64,000 nucleotides of DNA from NCBI GenBank assembly GCA_951406725.2, contig OX597821.1, positions 91,698,001-91,762,000 of the forward strand. The letters are read 5' to 3'. The DNA is from Octopus vulgaris (taxonomy: Eukaryota). The notes below the pieces were generated by a model that ran no database searches, had not been told where the DNA came from, and saw only the letters and a program-made list of their open reading frames with translations. Position numbers and translations under genes: made by a program. This document shows, in pieces, positions 1 through 12,660 of the stretch; positions within the stretch are counted from its first letter, which is position 1; every line of letters begins with the position of its first letter.

Positions 1-708
1 ACAAAATTCTGTATTATCCTATTATACTAGTGTTAGTCAAAAATTAGTCAAGTAATCGTCTTATAAACAGATACAAGGTTGCCTCAATGTCTCCGCAACA
101 AGATAGTCATCCAACACAGTGGTGATTAATAATCAAACCTAGGGGAAGCATTTCTTAGCTGATAGCATGTGTAGACGGGTTAATTTCTAAGAAATTAAAC
201 CCATTAGCTTTCAACTAGACTATTTATTATTGCTGCCAGGAATTGGCATGCCAATTGCCATAAAGCTGATCACTCATAAGTTGATGATGACTTGTATGCC
301 ATATTTCAGGAGACTTTGTTCTTTCATCAGCAACCTTATGTAAAACTAGGATATCAATATCATTATATCACTATATCTAGTAGCTACCTAAGTAATGAGT
401 TTGTGGATGGTTAATGTGTGTGTGTGTGTATGTGAGACATATATGTATGTATGTATATATATATATATATATATATAATTGATATAGGATAAAATTTTTC
501 AGGAAAAAATTTTTATCAATGGCCAGCATATCAAAAAATGCCTTTAAAGGTAAAATTTATACATAATTTAATTGTATATATATATATATACTGTTGTGTC
601 TGGGGAGAGTCATTCTCTTTTAGTGCCTTATTATTTAACACACTCACCGGTAAAATTTCCACTTATTTCTTATTTTCATTTTCTAAAATTTTCGTTGTGT
701 GTTGCAAC

Positions 709-745
<37 letters not shown>

Positions 746-749
<4 letters not shown>

Positions 750-897
750 GTTAGGAAGGGCATCCAGCTGTAGAAACACTGCCAGATCTGACTGGCCTGG
801 TGCAGCCTTCGGGCTCCCCAGACCCCAGTTGAACCGTCCAACCCATGCTAGCATGGAAAGCGGACGTTAAACGATGATGATGATGATGATGATGATG
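746..897 (+). mobile_element. SINE family A (RTE-type 3' end, Ceph-SINE-like), 5'-truncated
   Basis: TGGCGTTAGGAAGGGCATCCAGCTGTAGAAAC...CCAACCCATGCTAGCATGGAAAGCGGACGTTAAAC followed by a (GAT)n tail. Recurs about ten times in the window. Confidence 0.8.
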
Positions 898-905
898 TAT
901 GTATG

Positions 906-943
<38 letters not shown>

Positions 944-1140
944 AAGTTAATCCAAACAAGAAAGCACAAAAGAAACACAACGCGAGGACATGGAACAAAT
1001 ATAGTATTATTGGACGCTCAGGAAGGAAGGAAAGAAGGAAAGTTTAACGTTTCGAGTGGAGCTCTTCGTTGGAAACATAAGAGAAGGAAAGATCCAGAGA
1101 AGGGAAGACAGAGGAAAAAAAATCGCCACCGAGGTCACAT
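944..1140 (-). mobile_element. PLE-type repeat fragment with a decayed minimal hammerhead (1042-1076)
   Basis: Minus strand GTTT-CCAACGA-AGAGCTCCACTC-GAAA-CG-TT-AAAC, with two core substitutions. Related copies at 20280-20490, 61310-61470 and 45710-45800. Confidence 0.55.
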
Positions 1141-1227
1141 GTCACACATATATATGTATATATCTATATCTATATATATATGTGTATGTGTGTGTGTGTG
1201 TGTGTATGTGTTATTATCTTCATCCTC

Positions 1228-1445
1228 AAGGTGGTGAGCTGGCAGGATCATTAGCAGGCTGGCCAAAATGCTTAGCAGTATTTCATCCGTCTTTATATTG
1301 TGAGTTCAAATTCCACTGAGGCTGGCTTTGCCTTTCATTCTTTCAGGGTCAATACATTATGTACCAGTCAAGTATTGGGGGTCGATGGGATCGACTATCC
1401 TCCTATCCTCACAAATTCCAGGCCTTGTGCCTATAGTAGAAAGGT
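1228..1445 (+). mobile_element. SINE family C (MetaSINE-like central domain)
   Basis: GGTGGTGAGCTGGCAG head, GAGTTCAAATTCC B-box-like motif, GCCTTTCATTCTTTCAGGGTCAAT...GTACCAG domain. Confidence 0.7.
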
Positions 1446-1489
1446 TATTATCTTCATCCACATCCACATCCTTATCATTATCATCATTG

Positions 1490-1816
1490 CTGTTGTGCCG
1501 GTGGCATGTAAGAGAACCATCCGAATGTGGCCATTGCCAGCACCACCCTGACTGGCCTCCGTGCCGGTGGCACGTAAAAAGCACCATCCGATCGTGGCCA
1601 TTTGCCAGCCTCGTCTGGCACCTGTGCAGGTGGCGCATAGAAAGCACCCACTACACTCTCGGAGTGGTTGGCGTTAGGAAGGGCATCAAGCTGTAGAAAC
1701 ACTGCCAGATCAGACTGGGCCTGGCACAGCCTTCTGGCTTCCCAGACCCCAGTTGAACCGTCCAACCCATGCTAGCATGGAAAACGGACGTTAAACGATG
1801 ATGATGATGATGATGA
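1490..1816 (+). mobile_element. SINE family A
   Basis: Internal GTGCCGGTGGCACGTAAAAAGCACC repeats, family A 3' end and (GAT)n tail. Confidence 0.85.
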
Positions 1817-1827
1817 CTAGCGTTATT

Positions 1828-2040
1828 AAGGTGGTAGGTTGGCAGAATTGTTAGTATGCTGAGTGAAGTACTTAGCAGTATTTCCCCCATCACTATGTTC
1901 TGAGTTCAAATTCCACCGAGGTCAAATTTGCCTTTCATCCTTTCAGGGTCGATAAATTAAGTACCAGTGAAACACTGGGGTTAATGTAATTGACTAGTCC
2001 TCTTCCCCATATTTGAGGCCTTGTGGTAAAATTTCAAACT
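1828..2040 (+). mobile_element. SINE family C
   Basis: GAGTTCAAATTCCACCGAGGTC...GCCTTTCATCCTTTCAGGGTCGATAAATTAAGTACCAG. Confidence 0.75.
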
Positions 2041-2066
2041 ATTTGTATTATTATCATTATTATTAT

Positions 2067-2340
2067 TTTCTCTTTATCATTGGTTTTCTTGGAGCTCCTG
2101 GAGTCTTGCACGCATAGTGGGCTTACTATCTGTTGTCTACGGTGCTATGCTATTCACTCTTTTCAGCTAACTAATACTTACCTGATTATTCCTGCCACGC
2201 CAAGGAGGCAAAGCTTTTGCAGCAGTTCTACTGGGCACTCTATTCCAATTTCCTTTATATTCCTCTTGATGCCTTCTGATGCTGTTCCAAGGAACCAACA
2301 ATAATTAGCACTATCTTCACCTTCTTCATCTTCCATAGCC
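2067..2340 (-). mobile_element. R4/Dong-clade non-LTR retrotransposon, 3' end fragment
   Basis: Minus strand encodes (with frameshift) IIVGSL...KEIGIECPVELLQKLCLLGVAGIIR, then a 3' UTR ending at (TAA)-like repeats at 2047-2066. Confidence 0.6.
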
Positions 2341-2391
2341 AGGCTATTTCATACTTATGAGGGTCATAACAATCTAATTATTACTATTATT

Positions 2392-3960
2392 CAGTAGTCT
2401 TATTTTCATCATGTGCTTTCACTGCACTACCAAGCACAGCTCTGTGTACCTCGGGCATGTGCTGTGGTTTGTTGCGATGCTCTTAATGTTACTGTATTGA
2501 AAGTGTTTTACATAGGATATGTGCGGTGGCTAGTAGTGCTATTTTCTGTATGTTATATATACTTGTTAGTCCTTGTGTTTTTGTCATGTATCTGCCTGAA
2601 TATTTTTTATCATACCTAATGTGCCTACTTTGATAGGAATTTTTTCTGCTTTTAGACTCCACATTCAAGTTACCTCTATTTCCAGGTCTTTGTATTTTGA
2701 AAGCCTCTCCATTTCTTTTAGAGAAACATTGTCATCTGTTGGTATTGATACATTGATTAGAAAGCATATCTTTTTTTAATGATCTCTGACAACTACATCC
2801 AGCTTATTACCCTTAATTTCTCTATCTCTGAGTATTGGCATATCCCATAGAATGGTTGCTTTCTCATTTTCTGTGACCTTTTTTGGCGTGTCCTTATACC
2901 ATCTTTTTTCTGTTGTTATTTCATGGTATTGGTATAGCATCCAGTGTATATAGATCCCAACTTTATCATGTCTGTGAATATATTCCTTCTTAGCCATGAT
3001 CCATTGCTGTTCCAGTTTTAGTTGATTTCAGTTGTTTTACAGCTTTTGTTGTTTCTTCTTTTTTTTCATAGTTGTTAGGTATTATGACTTCTTTTTTTGT
3101 ATTTGTCAGCTTCCTTAAAGACTTAAAACAGTTTTTAGTTTTGTTCATGTTTTGTGACTATTTGTATTAATTTCTTTTTCTTCTGAAGTAGATACATTTG
3201 TTGTCCTATTGTGGTCCTTTTAGTAATAGTTTTCTAGCTGTATAAGGCCTCTACCACCTTTGATGCATTATATATATAACCTTTCTATGTCAGATTTTGG
3301 GTGGTGCATCCTAAATCCTGTCATTATTTTTCTTGTTTTCCTGTCAATTTTGATAAGTTCATTTAGAGTCCAAATAAGAATATTGTAGCTGTAACTTATA
3401 ACTGGGATGACTAGAGTGTTGATACCTATTATCTTGTTTTTCGCATTGAGCTCTGTTCTCAGTATTAATCTAACTCATCTATAGTATTCATTTTTTTAAT
3501 TATTTTTTCTTTCATTTGTGTGTTGTATCATATCTAGTTCATTGATTCTTACGTATTTGTATGTCTGACTTCGGTCTAATTCTCTTATTTCATTTGCTTT
3601 ATGTAGTGTGATGTTACTACTCCTAACTAGTTTTCCTCTTTTCAAAGTTGCTTTTGCACATTTTTCTCAGCCAAATTTCATGTTTGTTTCTTTGATAAAT
3701 CCATATACTCTCTTTGGTAATGTTTCAGCTGTTTATCATTTGTAACGTACAGTTTTAGATCATCCATATATAAGAGGTGGCTGATTGTTTTGTTGTAACA
3801 GTTGTATCCACATCCCGTTATGTTTAGTGTGTCAGGTAAAAGTGTCCCTGCCAAGCAGAAAAGGAGTGGAGAGAGCATGTCTCCATGGAATATTCCTCTT
3901 CTAATGGCGGGGTGGCTTTGGTTCTTTTTAATCCATTCTGCTTAAATAATGGAACTGCTG
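2392..3960 (-). mobile_element. R4/Dong-clade non-LTR retrotransposon, decayed RT plus restriction-like endonuclease
   Basis: LSPLLFCLA and ISHLLYMDDLKLY (RT motifs, ORF 3678-3878). RHDKVGIYIHW...ILWDMPI..DREIKGNKLDVVV (RLE region, ORF 2776-2997). Stops and frameshifts present; 3' end abuts TAA-like repeats. Confidence 0.85.
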
Positions 3961-4063
3961 ATACAATAGCCCTGTATATCTCACATCTGTTTTCATTCCT
4001 CCACTTCACTCTCTATTTAATATCTTCTATAGAATAACTGTTGTTTAACCCTTTTCTCACACC

Positions 4064-4111
4064 GTCTCTGATGAAGATATATATAAAATATCCCAGAAAC
4101 AGCTGTAAGAC
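4064..4111 (+). ncRNA. Minimal type-I hammerhead ribozyme (PLE-type)
   Basis: GTCT-CTGATGA-AGATATATATAAAATATCCCA-GAAA-CAGCTG-TA-AGAC. Stem I GTCT/AGAC, intact core, stem II GATAT/ATATC, palindromic stem III, GUA cleavage after 4107. Confidence 0.75.
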
Positions 4112-4171
4112 CTTCTTTTTATAAATGTTCTGACATCTTTCACAGTCTTGGATTTTTATCTCATTCTGTTA

Positions 4172-4205
<34 letters not shown>

Positions 4206-4207
<2 letters not shown>

Positions 4208-4786
4208 TCTTTACTCTTTTACTTGTTTCAGTCATTTGACTGCAGCCATGCTGGAGCACCGCCTTTAATCAAGCAACTCAACCCCGGGACTTATTCTTTT
4301 GTAAGCCCAGTACTTATTCTATCAGTCTCTTTTGCCGAACCGCTAAGTAACGGGGACATAAACACGCCAGCATCGGTTGTCAAGCAATGCTAGGGAGACA
4401 AACACAGACACACAAACACACACATGCATATATATATATATATATATACATATATACAACGGGCTTCTTTCAGTTTCCATCTACCAAATCCACTCACAAG
4501 GCTTTGGTCGGCTCGAGGCTATAGTAGAAGACACTTGCCGAAGGTGCCACGCAGTGGGACTGAACCCGGAACCATGTGGTTCGTAAGCAAGCTACTTACC
4601 ACACAGCCACTCCTGTATACATATATACAACGGGCTTCTTTCAGTTTCCACCTACCAAATCCACTCACAAGGCTTTTGTCAGCTCGAGGCTATAGTAGAA
4701 GACACTTCCCCAAGGTGCCATGCAGTGGGACTGAACCCGGAACCATGTGGTTGGTAAACAAGCTACTTACCACACAGCCACTCCTG
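4206..4786 (-). mobile_element. SINE family B (tRNA-derived head, internal microsatellite, TAAAAGAG tail) with tandemly duplicated head
   Basis: Minus-strand head GGAGTGGCTGTGTGGTAAG...GGTTCAGTCCC occurs twice (~172 bp period, ending 4614 and 4786). Tail CAGTCAAATGACTGAAACAAGTAAAAGAGTAAAGAG. Confidence 0.85.
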
Positions 4787-4802
4787 TGTATATATATGCA
4801 TG

Positions 4803-4854
<52 letters not shown>

Positions 4855-5510
4855 TATAAGGAGCAGGAGTAGCTATTTGTTTAAGTTTGATTTCTGTCTA
4901 AATGATTTCAGGTTCTGTCCTACTGTGTAACCTTTTGGGTAAGTGTGGGACTGGTTCATAGAAAATGAAATAAGCCTGTTATTTATGTATATTCGTATGT
5001 GATATTTGTGTGTGTGTGTATGTGTATATAAGTGTAAGTATATGTATGTTTGTATCTCTTTGCCTTGATATCACATAATTGTTTGATGTAGATGAATAGT
5101 ATTCCTTTCCAATATTCTGTGAAACCATGTCTGAGTATGGGAATATATTATGTTGCTCGGAAGCTGGTAAATATTGGTAAAAGGAAGTGCATCTGGACAT
5201 AAAATATCTGTTTCAATAAACTATATCGCCCCCATGCAAGCATAGAAAAATAGACATCTATACATTAAGACTATGATATTGATGACGATGATGATGAGGA
5301 TGATGACGACAATGATGACGATGCTGATGGTGATGATGCTGATGGAAATGATGATGACAAAAATGATGACGACGATGATATATATGTTCTCTTTCTCTTC
5401 TTAATTTTGTCTAGCCACCTGCTTGGTATGTATGTATGTATGTATGTATGTATGTATGTATGTATGTATGTATGTATGTATGCATGCATGCATGCTTGCA
5501 TGTATGTATG

Positions 5511-5541
<31 letters not shown>

Positions 5542-5548
5542 GTATGCA

Positions 5549-5773
5549 TGCCTCGTCTGGCACCTGTGCCAGTGGCACGTAAAAAGCACCCACTACACTC
5601 ATGGAGTGGTTGGTGTTAGGAAGGGCATCCAGCAGTTGAAACATTGCCAGATCAGACTGGGCCTGAGGCAGCCTTCTGGCTTCCCAGACCCCAGTTGAAC
5701 CGCCCAACCTATGCCAGCATGGAAAGTGGATGCTAAACGATGATGATGATGCTGCTGATGATGATGATGATGA
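5549..5773 (+). mobile_element. SINE family A, 5'-truncated
   Basis: Family A 3' half plus (GAT)n tail. Confidence 0.8.
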
Positions 5774-6492
5774 TATGTATGTATATGTGTGTATAATTAG
5801 CCTCATAGCATGAAGTGCTTCTATTAATTAATTATTCACATAGTCATATCTTACAATATTATGCAAATTAGAGCACCTCCACTTCTGCTTGAATATGCAA
5901 ATAATATAAATAGCTTTAAGCCACTATTTACTCTCTGTGACAGAAAAATGGGTAACAGTAGGGATATCTAATATTTATCTGATATACTGATTGGAACACA
6001 CCTCAGGAAACATGAATTAGATAACAATAAAAAAGAAACAGTGCTAACCGAAGTTTTATGTGTGAAGTACTTGTAACTAAAAAGGATCCATTTTAGGAAG
6101 AACAGGTAGTCAAAAGTAAAAAAGAGCAGTAACTGGTATGTGGCAGCATTTATTGGTTGAAATACTGAGTAAATTATGAATGACTGAACCATCAAGACTG
6201 GAACTTAGAGATGGAAGCAATATTCCAATATTCTACGCTTGAGTCAGAGAGAGGACCCTGTAGGGTGTCAACAAATTTAATGGTTATCGTACTTGCTTCA
6301 TCAACACTGAAATGTTTCTATGTCGTTTTCTTTTTGTTTTCTTTTGTTCTTTTTTTTTTATATTTTGTTCACTTGTATTGCTTGTTTCATTTTTTTCTTT
6401 CTTTTTGCATTAAAAAATTTTGTGATTTTGTTGTTTACATATGTCTTGCAAACATAATAATCATAATAATGTGCATAAGCAAAAATGTAACC

Positions 6493-6536
6493 TATATATA
6501 TATATATATATACACACACACATATTTACCTACATA

Positions 6537-6581
<45 letters not shown>

Positions 6582-6595
6582 GTCTATGTAGGTAA

Positions 6596-6640
<45 letters not shown>

Positions 6641-6654
6641 TATTTACCTACATA

Positions 6655-6689
<35 letters not shown>

Positions 6690-6703
6690 GTCTATGTAGG
6701 TAA

Positions 6704-6770
<67 letters not shown>
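6493..6770. repeat. (TA)n-spaced alternating inverted repeat
   Basis: ACACACATATTTACCTACATAGACAT, its reverse complement, and the pair again, each separated by (TA)n. Confidence 0.85.
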
Positions 6771-6771
<1 letters not shown>

Positions 6772-7241
6772 TCACATATATTTGTACATTATATCTATAT
6801 CTGTCTGTCTCTCTGTGTGTATACACATATATATATATATATGTATGTATGTGTACAAATTTGCATACATATTAGTGTCAAAGAATCATTTCAAGAGAAA
6901 GGAAAATTGCCTGAAGCTATATGATGGAATTGGTTCTTCTTAAGTTTGTTTATCTTTGTTATGCATTATTTGTTTAACAAAAAAAAAAAAAAACAAGACA
7001 CAGATTTCTGAAGAGAAATGGTGAGGGGAAAACAGGGATAAATTATTGAATTAATAGGAAAAAAAAAAAAACATAATAAAACCAAAGTTACAAAACAACA
7101 AGAAAAAATGGAACAAGCAAAAGAAACAAATTGTAACAGATTCTGGGGTTCAAATTATTAAATCCTTCCAGGTGACTGCTTCAAAAATACTGCAGGCAAG
7201 TTATCCTTGTATGTTTGTGTTTGTGTGTGCTGTGTAAGTGA

Positions 7242-7244
<3 letters not shown>

Positions 7245-7320
<76 letters not shown>

Positions 7321-7523
7321 CATATATATATACACATATATATATACATATATATATATGTATATATATTAATTCACATACAAACATGCATGTATATATA
7401 TGCACGCATCTCTGTGCTGCTGATCACTACTTCTATGACACTCACACACACATATATATATATATATTGTGTGTGTGTGTATGTGTGTGTGTGTATATAT
7501 ATATATGTGTGTATATATATATA

Positions 7524-7554
<31 letters not shown>

Positions 7555-7666
7555 TCATATATATATATATGTATATGTAAATATATATCTATATGTATAT
7601 GTGTATATCTATATGTATATGTGTATATATATATATATGTATATATATGAATATATAGGTATATAA

Positions 7667-7730
<64 letters not shown>
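7245..7730. repeat. Compound (TA)n/(TG)n microsatellite
   Basis: Directly visible dinucleotide arrays. Confidence 0.9.
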
Positions 7731-7733
<3 letters not shown>

Positions 7734-8215
7734 TCCGTTATCTGTATATATGATAGTGTTCATGAACACGAGTGGCTGTATTTATCAGCCCTCAGGTAAT
7801 ACATCCATATTATATTAGTTGTCAGAAAAACTGTATAGATTGTATAATGTCAAACTGTTTCCTGCAAAATCTTCAAAGTTTGTATCCTAAGTAACTTCTG
7901 TACCCAATGGGTGGACTGTAAGTACTGTAATAGGATTTTTTTTCTTTTTTTTTTCTTTTGGTTTGACCATTGTAATATGGTAAATGGGAGTGAGCGTTTA
8001 CATGAGATGACATGTGTTTATGTAAGATACTGATTATATACATGTATTATATAATACTAGAGCTGCTGACAAAATATACTTATATAAATGCTGGATTAAG
8101 ATAAATGGGAAAATTGTTTTATAAAGTGAAACAAATGACATTATAATATGTTTTGTTTGTAAATAGTGAAGAAAATATGAATTAGATAAACGGAACTTAT
8201 TTCATAACTTTTGTT

Positions 8216-8249
<34 letters not shown>

Positions 8250-8252
<3 letters not shown>

Positions 8253-8561
8253 CGTGATCACCGTGACCGACCAGGCTATCAGATGTTGCTACACATCGCT
8301 GGTCACAATGCGCTTCGCATTGTTTTAGCCTTCAAATGACGCCACCCCGCTGGCTAAGCGAGCAGGCCAACAGAAGAAAGAGTTAGAGAAAGTCGAGGTG
8401 AAAGAGTACAGCAGGGATCGCCACCACCCCCTGCCAGAGCCTCATGGAGCTTTAGGTGTTTTTGCTCAATAAACACACACAACGCCCGGTCTGGGAATTG
8501 AAACCGCGATCCTCCGAACGCGAGTCCGCTGCCCTAACCACTGGGCCATTGCGCCTCCACT
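8250..8561 (-). mobile_element. tRNA-derived SINE, head D plus tail 1
   Basis: Minus-strand head GGAGGCGCAATGGCCCAGTGGTTAGGGCAGCGGACTCGCG...GGTTTCAATTCCCAGACCGGGCG (A/B-box-like). Tail ...GATAGCCTGGTCGGTCACGGTGATCACGGTGAT. Confidence 0.8.
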
Positions 8562-8610
8562 ATATATATGTATGTATATATATATATATGTGTGTGTGTG
8601 TATATATATA

Positions 8611-8680
<70 letters not shown>

Positions 8681-8962
8681 CTTTAGGATGGGTAGTACTA
8701 TGAACTTTGTTGAAGCTCTTAAACCCAATAGCTAAATATGTTGTGCATTGGAAAATGTGGACAGTAGTTTTTTTACTCTTTATTTCCTGCAGTACATACA
8801 GAATGTTTGTATGTAGATAGCAGCACACTTTCAGGTGTATAAGCAGAGCTGCAATATGAGTGAGTATTTAATTCAACTTCATAGAGGTTCAACAAATGAT
8901 CAAAGTAAAGGCATTTTCCAGTTATAAAGAGTAACTAGTAAGGATTTCAGCAGTTATACATA

Positions 8963-9283
8963 GACTCCGCCGGTTACGATGACGAGGGTCCCAGCTGATA
9001 CGATCAACGGAACAGCTTGCTCGTGAAATTAACGTGCAAATGGCTGAGCATTCCACAGACACGTGTACCCTTAACGTAGTTCTCGGGGAAAATCAGCGTG
9101 ACACAGAGAGTGACAAGGCTGACCCTTTGAAATACAAGCACAACCCATTTTTGCCAGCTGAGTGGACTGGAGCAACGTGAAATAAAGTGTCTTGCTCAAG
9201 GACACAATGCGTCGCCGGGAATCGAACTCACAACCTTACGATCATGAGCCGAATGCCCTAACCACTAAGCCACGCGCCCTCAC
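8963..9283 (-). mobile_element. tRNA-derived SINE, head E plus tail 2, full length with target-site duplication (TSD)
   Basis: Head GGCGCGTGGCTTAGTGGTTAGGG...GAGTTCGATTCCCGG, then GTGTCCTTGAGCAAGACACTT. 12-bp TSD CAGTTATACATA at 8951-8962 and 9284-9295. Confidence 0.9.
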
Positions 9284-9403
9284 CAGTTATACATATGTGT
9301 GTACATCATCATCATCATCATCATCTTCCTTGTCATAGTCAGCATCTCATTATTGTCAGTCATTGTTATCTTATTGCCTTCGTCATCACCATTTTCTTTT
9401 CGT

Positions 9404-9467
9404 TTTCTTCTTCTTCTTCTTCTTCTTCTTCTTCTTCTTCTTCTTCTTCTTCTTCTTCTTCTTCTTC
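9404..9467. repeat. (TTC)n microsatellite
   Basis: Directly visible. Confidence 0.95.
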
Positions 9468-9754
9468 CAATCAGGACTCATGCCATTAGCCACAAAGAAT
9501 AATCCCTAACTCGAGCCTACTCTAAGCTACTAAGAATGCATGTGGCAACTTGAAGATCCACCCACCACATGTGATATAATGGCGGTTGCACGATCACAAA
9601 AGCTACATTGTTATCCTCATTCCGTAAATGGTGGCTTTTAACAGGTGGAGAGCTGAACCATCCTGGGGCACTGAGGATTTGCAATCTAGACTAGGATCTG
9701 AAAGTTTACCACACCATAGTGGGTTACACCATGGTTCCTCTGCTTTGTGGCAGA

Positions 9755-9940
9755 AGTAGGAAGAAAGTGTGAGAGAAGGTTGTTGTGAAAGAGTACAGCA
9801 AGGATCACCCCCACCTAAGCCTCATGGAGCTTAGGTGTTTTTGCTCAATAAACACTCACAATGCCCGGTCTGGGAATCGAAACTGTGTTCTTACGACTGC
9901 GAGTCTGCTGCCCTAACCACTGGACCATTGCACCTCCACA
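9755..9940 (-). mobile_element. tRNA-derived SINE, head D fragment
   Basis: Matches 8370-8561 with substitutions. Confidence 0.75.
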
Positions 9941-10200
9941 CCGTTGTTGTTGTTGTCATTATATTATGTACATTTTCCATACTGGTATGTGTTGGACTGA
10001 TCGTCACAATCCAAGTTACATCCCCATCAGAAGTTACTATTCCCAAAGACTTAGTGTTTATGCATGTCATTTACCTGAGTTTCTACGGCTGAATGCCCTC
10101 CAAAATGTCAACGACTTTGCAGTATCGACAGATCAAGTATTTTTGTGCACAATAAAGGAACATGTTGAGAGGGAACAATATAAGCAGAAAGGCTAGACAT

Positions 10201-10434
10201 TACGACGGCAAGCTGGCAGAAACGTTAGCATGCCAGGCAAAATGCATTGCGGTATTTCATCTGCCATTATGTTCCGAGTTCAAATTCTGCTAAGGTCGAC
10301 TTTGCCTTTCATCCTTTCAGGGTCGATAAATTAAGTACCAGTTATGCACTGGAGTCGATGTAATCGACTTAATCCCTTTGTCTGTCCTTGTTTGTCCCCT
10401 CTATGTTTAGCCCCTTGTGGGCAATAAAGAAATA
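10201..10434 (+). mobile_element. SINE family C, full length with TSD
   Basis: Family C body ending AATAAAGAAATA. 15-bp TSD AGAAAGGCTAGACAT at 10186-10200 and 10435-10449. Confidence 0.9.
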
Positions 10435-11334
10435 AGAAAGGCTAGACATGGGCATTAGAGCTGTAGGGATAAGGAAGTAAATGTAGGTATAGAGTGTATT
10501 AATAAATAAGGGCATATAAGGATAGCTGAAAAGGGGAGTTTGAGGGAAAGAAGAGAAAGAACAATGAAATCAAAAGGATGGAGAGGATGGAAATTCTAAG
10601 AGCATGATAAGAAGAAGGTAGGGTCCTGAAGTGGAGTGACTGACAATAGCAGGTGGACAAAAATGCTTGTAGGTGTTGGGATAAAATGGGAGTAGGGGAG
10701 GGTTGCCAATAGAGATACCTAAGAGGAGACACTGCTGGCTTCTAGCACCACATGGTGAATTTAGAGAGTATTTGAAGGGGGAAGAGGCTTGTGTGGCACC
10801 TTGAGCGAGTGTTTTCTACTGTAACCTTGGGCTGACCAAAGCCACTCACATTTTTTGATTATATTTTACTAATGTTTTTTTTTTAATTTTATTTTATTAA
10901 TCTATTAAATTTTTGCAACATGACTGAAACTCATTAACTAGATAAGAATATTTAACACCTCTAGTATCTAAGATCTCAAGGTATATTCTTCTTATGAGTC
11001 ATGTCTGATGACATTTAAAATTACCCTTCTACACAAGGGGGTGGGATTGTCTAACATAAAGCAATTTTATAATATGAATTGGACATTATGGAACTAAATT
11101 TATAATGCTGCATGATTAATTTTCATATATTTATATATATATATATATATATATACATCTATTCATGCATACATACATATATCATGGTAGGAAGGGCATC
11201 CAGCCATAGATATCATACCAATGCTGACACCAGGGCTTTCAAACATTCGAACCCATGACAGCATGGTCTACAGACGTTAATTGATGATAGATATATATGT
11301 GTGAATGTGTAAGAGCATATATATATATATGTGG

Positions 11335-11654
11335 AAGCACTCCGTCGGTTACGACGACGAGGGTTCCGGTTGATCTGATCAACGGAACAGCCTGCTCGTG
11401 AAATTAACGTGTAAGTGGCTGAGCACTCCACAGACACATGTACCCTTAACGTAGTTCTCGGGGATATTCAGCGTGACACAGAGAGTGACAAGGCCGGCCC
11501 TTTGAAATACAGGTACAACAGAAACAGGAAGTAAGAGTGAGAGAAAGTTGTGGTGAAAGAGTACAGCAGAGATCACCACCATCCCCTGCCGGAGCCTCGT
11601 GGAGCTTTTAGGTGTTTTCGCTCAATAAACACTCACAATGCCCGGTCTGGGAAT
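11335..11654 (-). mobile_element. tRNA-derived SINE, truncated head D plus tail 2
   Basis: 11530-11654 matches the 8250-8561 element; 11339-11520 matches 8963-9140. Confidence 0.8.
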
Positions 11655-12660
11655 ATATATATATATATGTAGAATATGGGGGTTTAGTTCACTGGTGATC
11701 TAAACTAATAGGCATGCTGTGTAAGTGCTCTAATGGATTATCAGGGTTCCAAGCTCATAACTGAGATGGGAGCTATGGATCCATTTTAGGTTTCTGATTT
11801 AGCAGATATATATTTGTAAAAGAGGACAACAAACACCAAGGCATAACAAGCATCTCAAGTCATACATTATTTTACATTATTCTTAAATTAGTTGAAGTCT
11901 ATAGAGTTGTTTCTGGGATATCCCAAGTGATAGGTGAGTATGCCTGAATATGGAATATTCCATTATCAGTGACAAGTAGTGAACATATGAAAGATCTGAA
12001 CATGGAAATATTCAGGTAAAAGATCTAGATATGGAAAATTCACAGATAATAAGCAATGAAATAAAAGAATAGAGAATAAGGAAATAAGGAAATAAAGTTT
12101 GCAGTTCATCTTTCAGAGGGCATAGATGTTAATGAGTATGTCCTTAGGTAAAATCCAAGGTAAATCCAGGCAGTATTATGGTAAAATATGAGTAGTGTGT
12201 CCACAGCATAAATATCCAGGCAATATTTTGGCAGCAATGGGAATGATGTGTTCATATTGAGATGGCTGGTTTGTGAGAGAATGACCATAAAAGTTGTTAT
12301 TGAGAAAAGTGGGTGGAGAAGGAGGAAGAGAAAGAAAGAGAAAGAAAGGGAAAGAGAGGTTAATGAGGAGAGAGAGATGGGGAAGCCTGTGAGGATATAG
12401 AGAGGAGGAAGGTAGGTGATGGTATTAGCAAAGATTGGTCAGAAGGATTGGTTAGAAGAATAAGAATAAAGAAAGAAATAAAAAAAATATAAAGTAAAAA
12501 GTTATATATATAATAAGATAAAAAATATTAAAAGTAGAAATAAAAATTAAGAATAAATTGTAAAATAAAGGTACAGATAAAAGAAGAGAAGAAGAAGATA
12601 ATGAAGGATAGAAAATAAAAAAATAAATAATAATAGAAAATAAAAATAAAAAGTAAAAAA

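Noticed and set aside
71-121. Possible plus-strand exon (ACAG|ATACAAG...CAGTG|GTGATT)
   Set aside because: Weak acceptor, no recognisable peptide, and joining to 18933 would create a stop.
290-335. Minus-strand CTGATGA...GAAA hammerhead-like string
   Set aside because: Stems II and III pair poorly; at best a heavily decayed copy.
8963-9283. tRNA gene calls for SINE heads (also 8490-8560, 48860-48929, 60718-60790)
   Set aside because: A/B boxes present but no complete acceptor stem; they continue into repeat bodies.
11690-12470. Possible very old retroelement remnants (also 10450-10790 and 16930-17320)
   Set aside because: Only faint peptide hints (SHLSYELGTL; QQLEDWHRKWIL); not supportable without a profile search.
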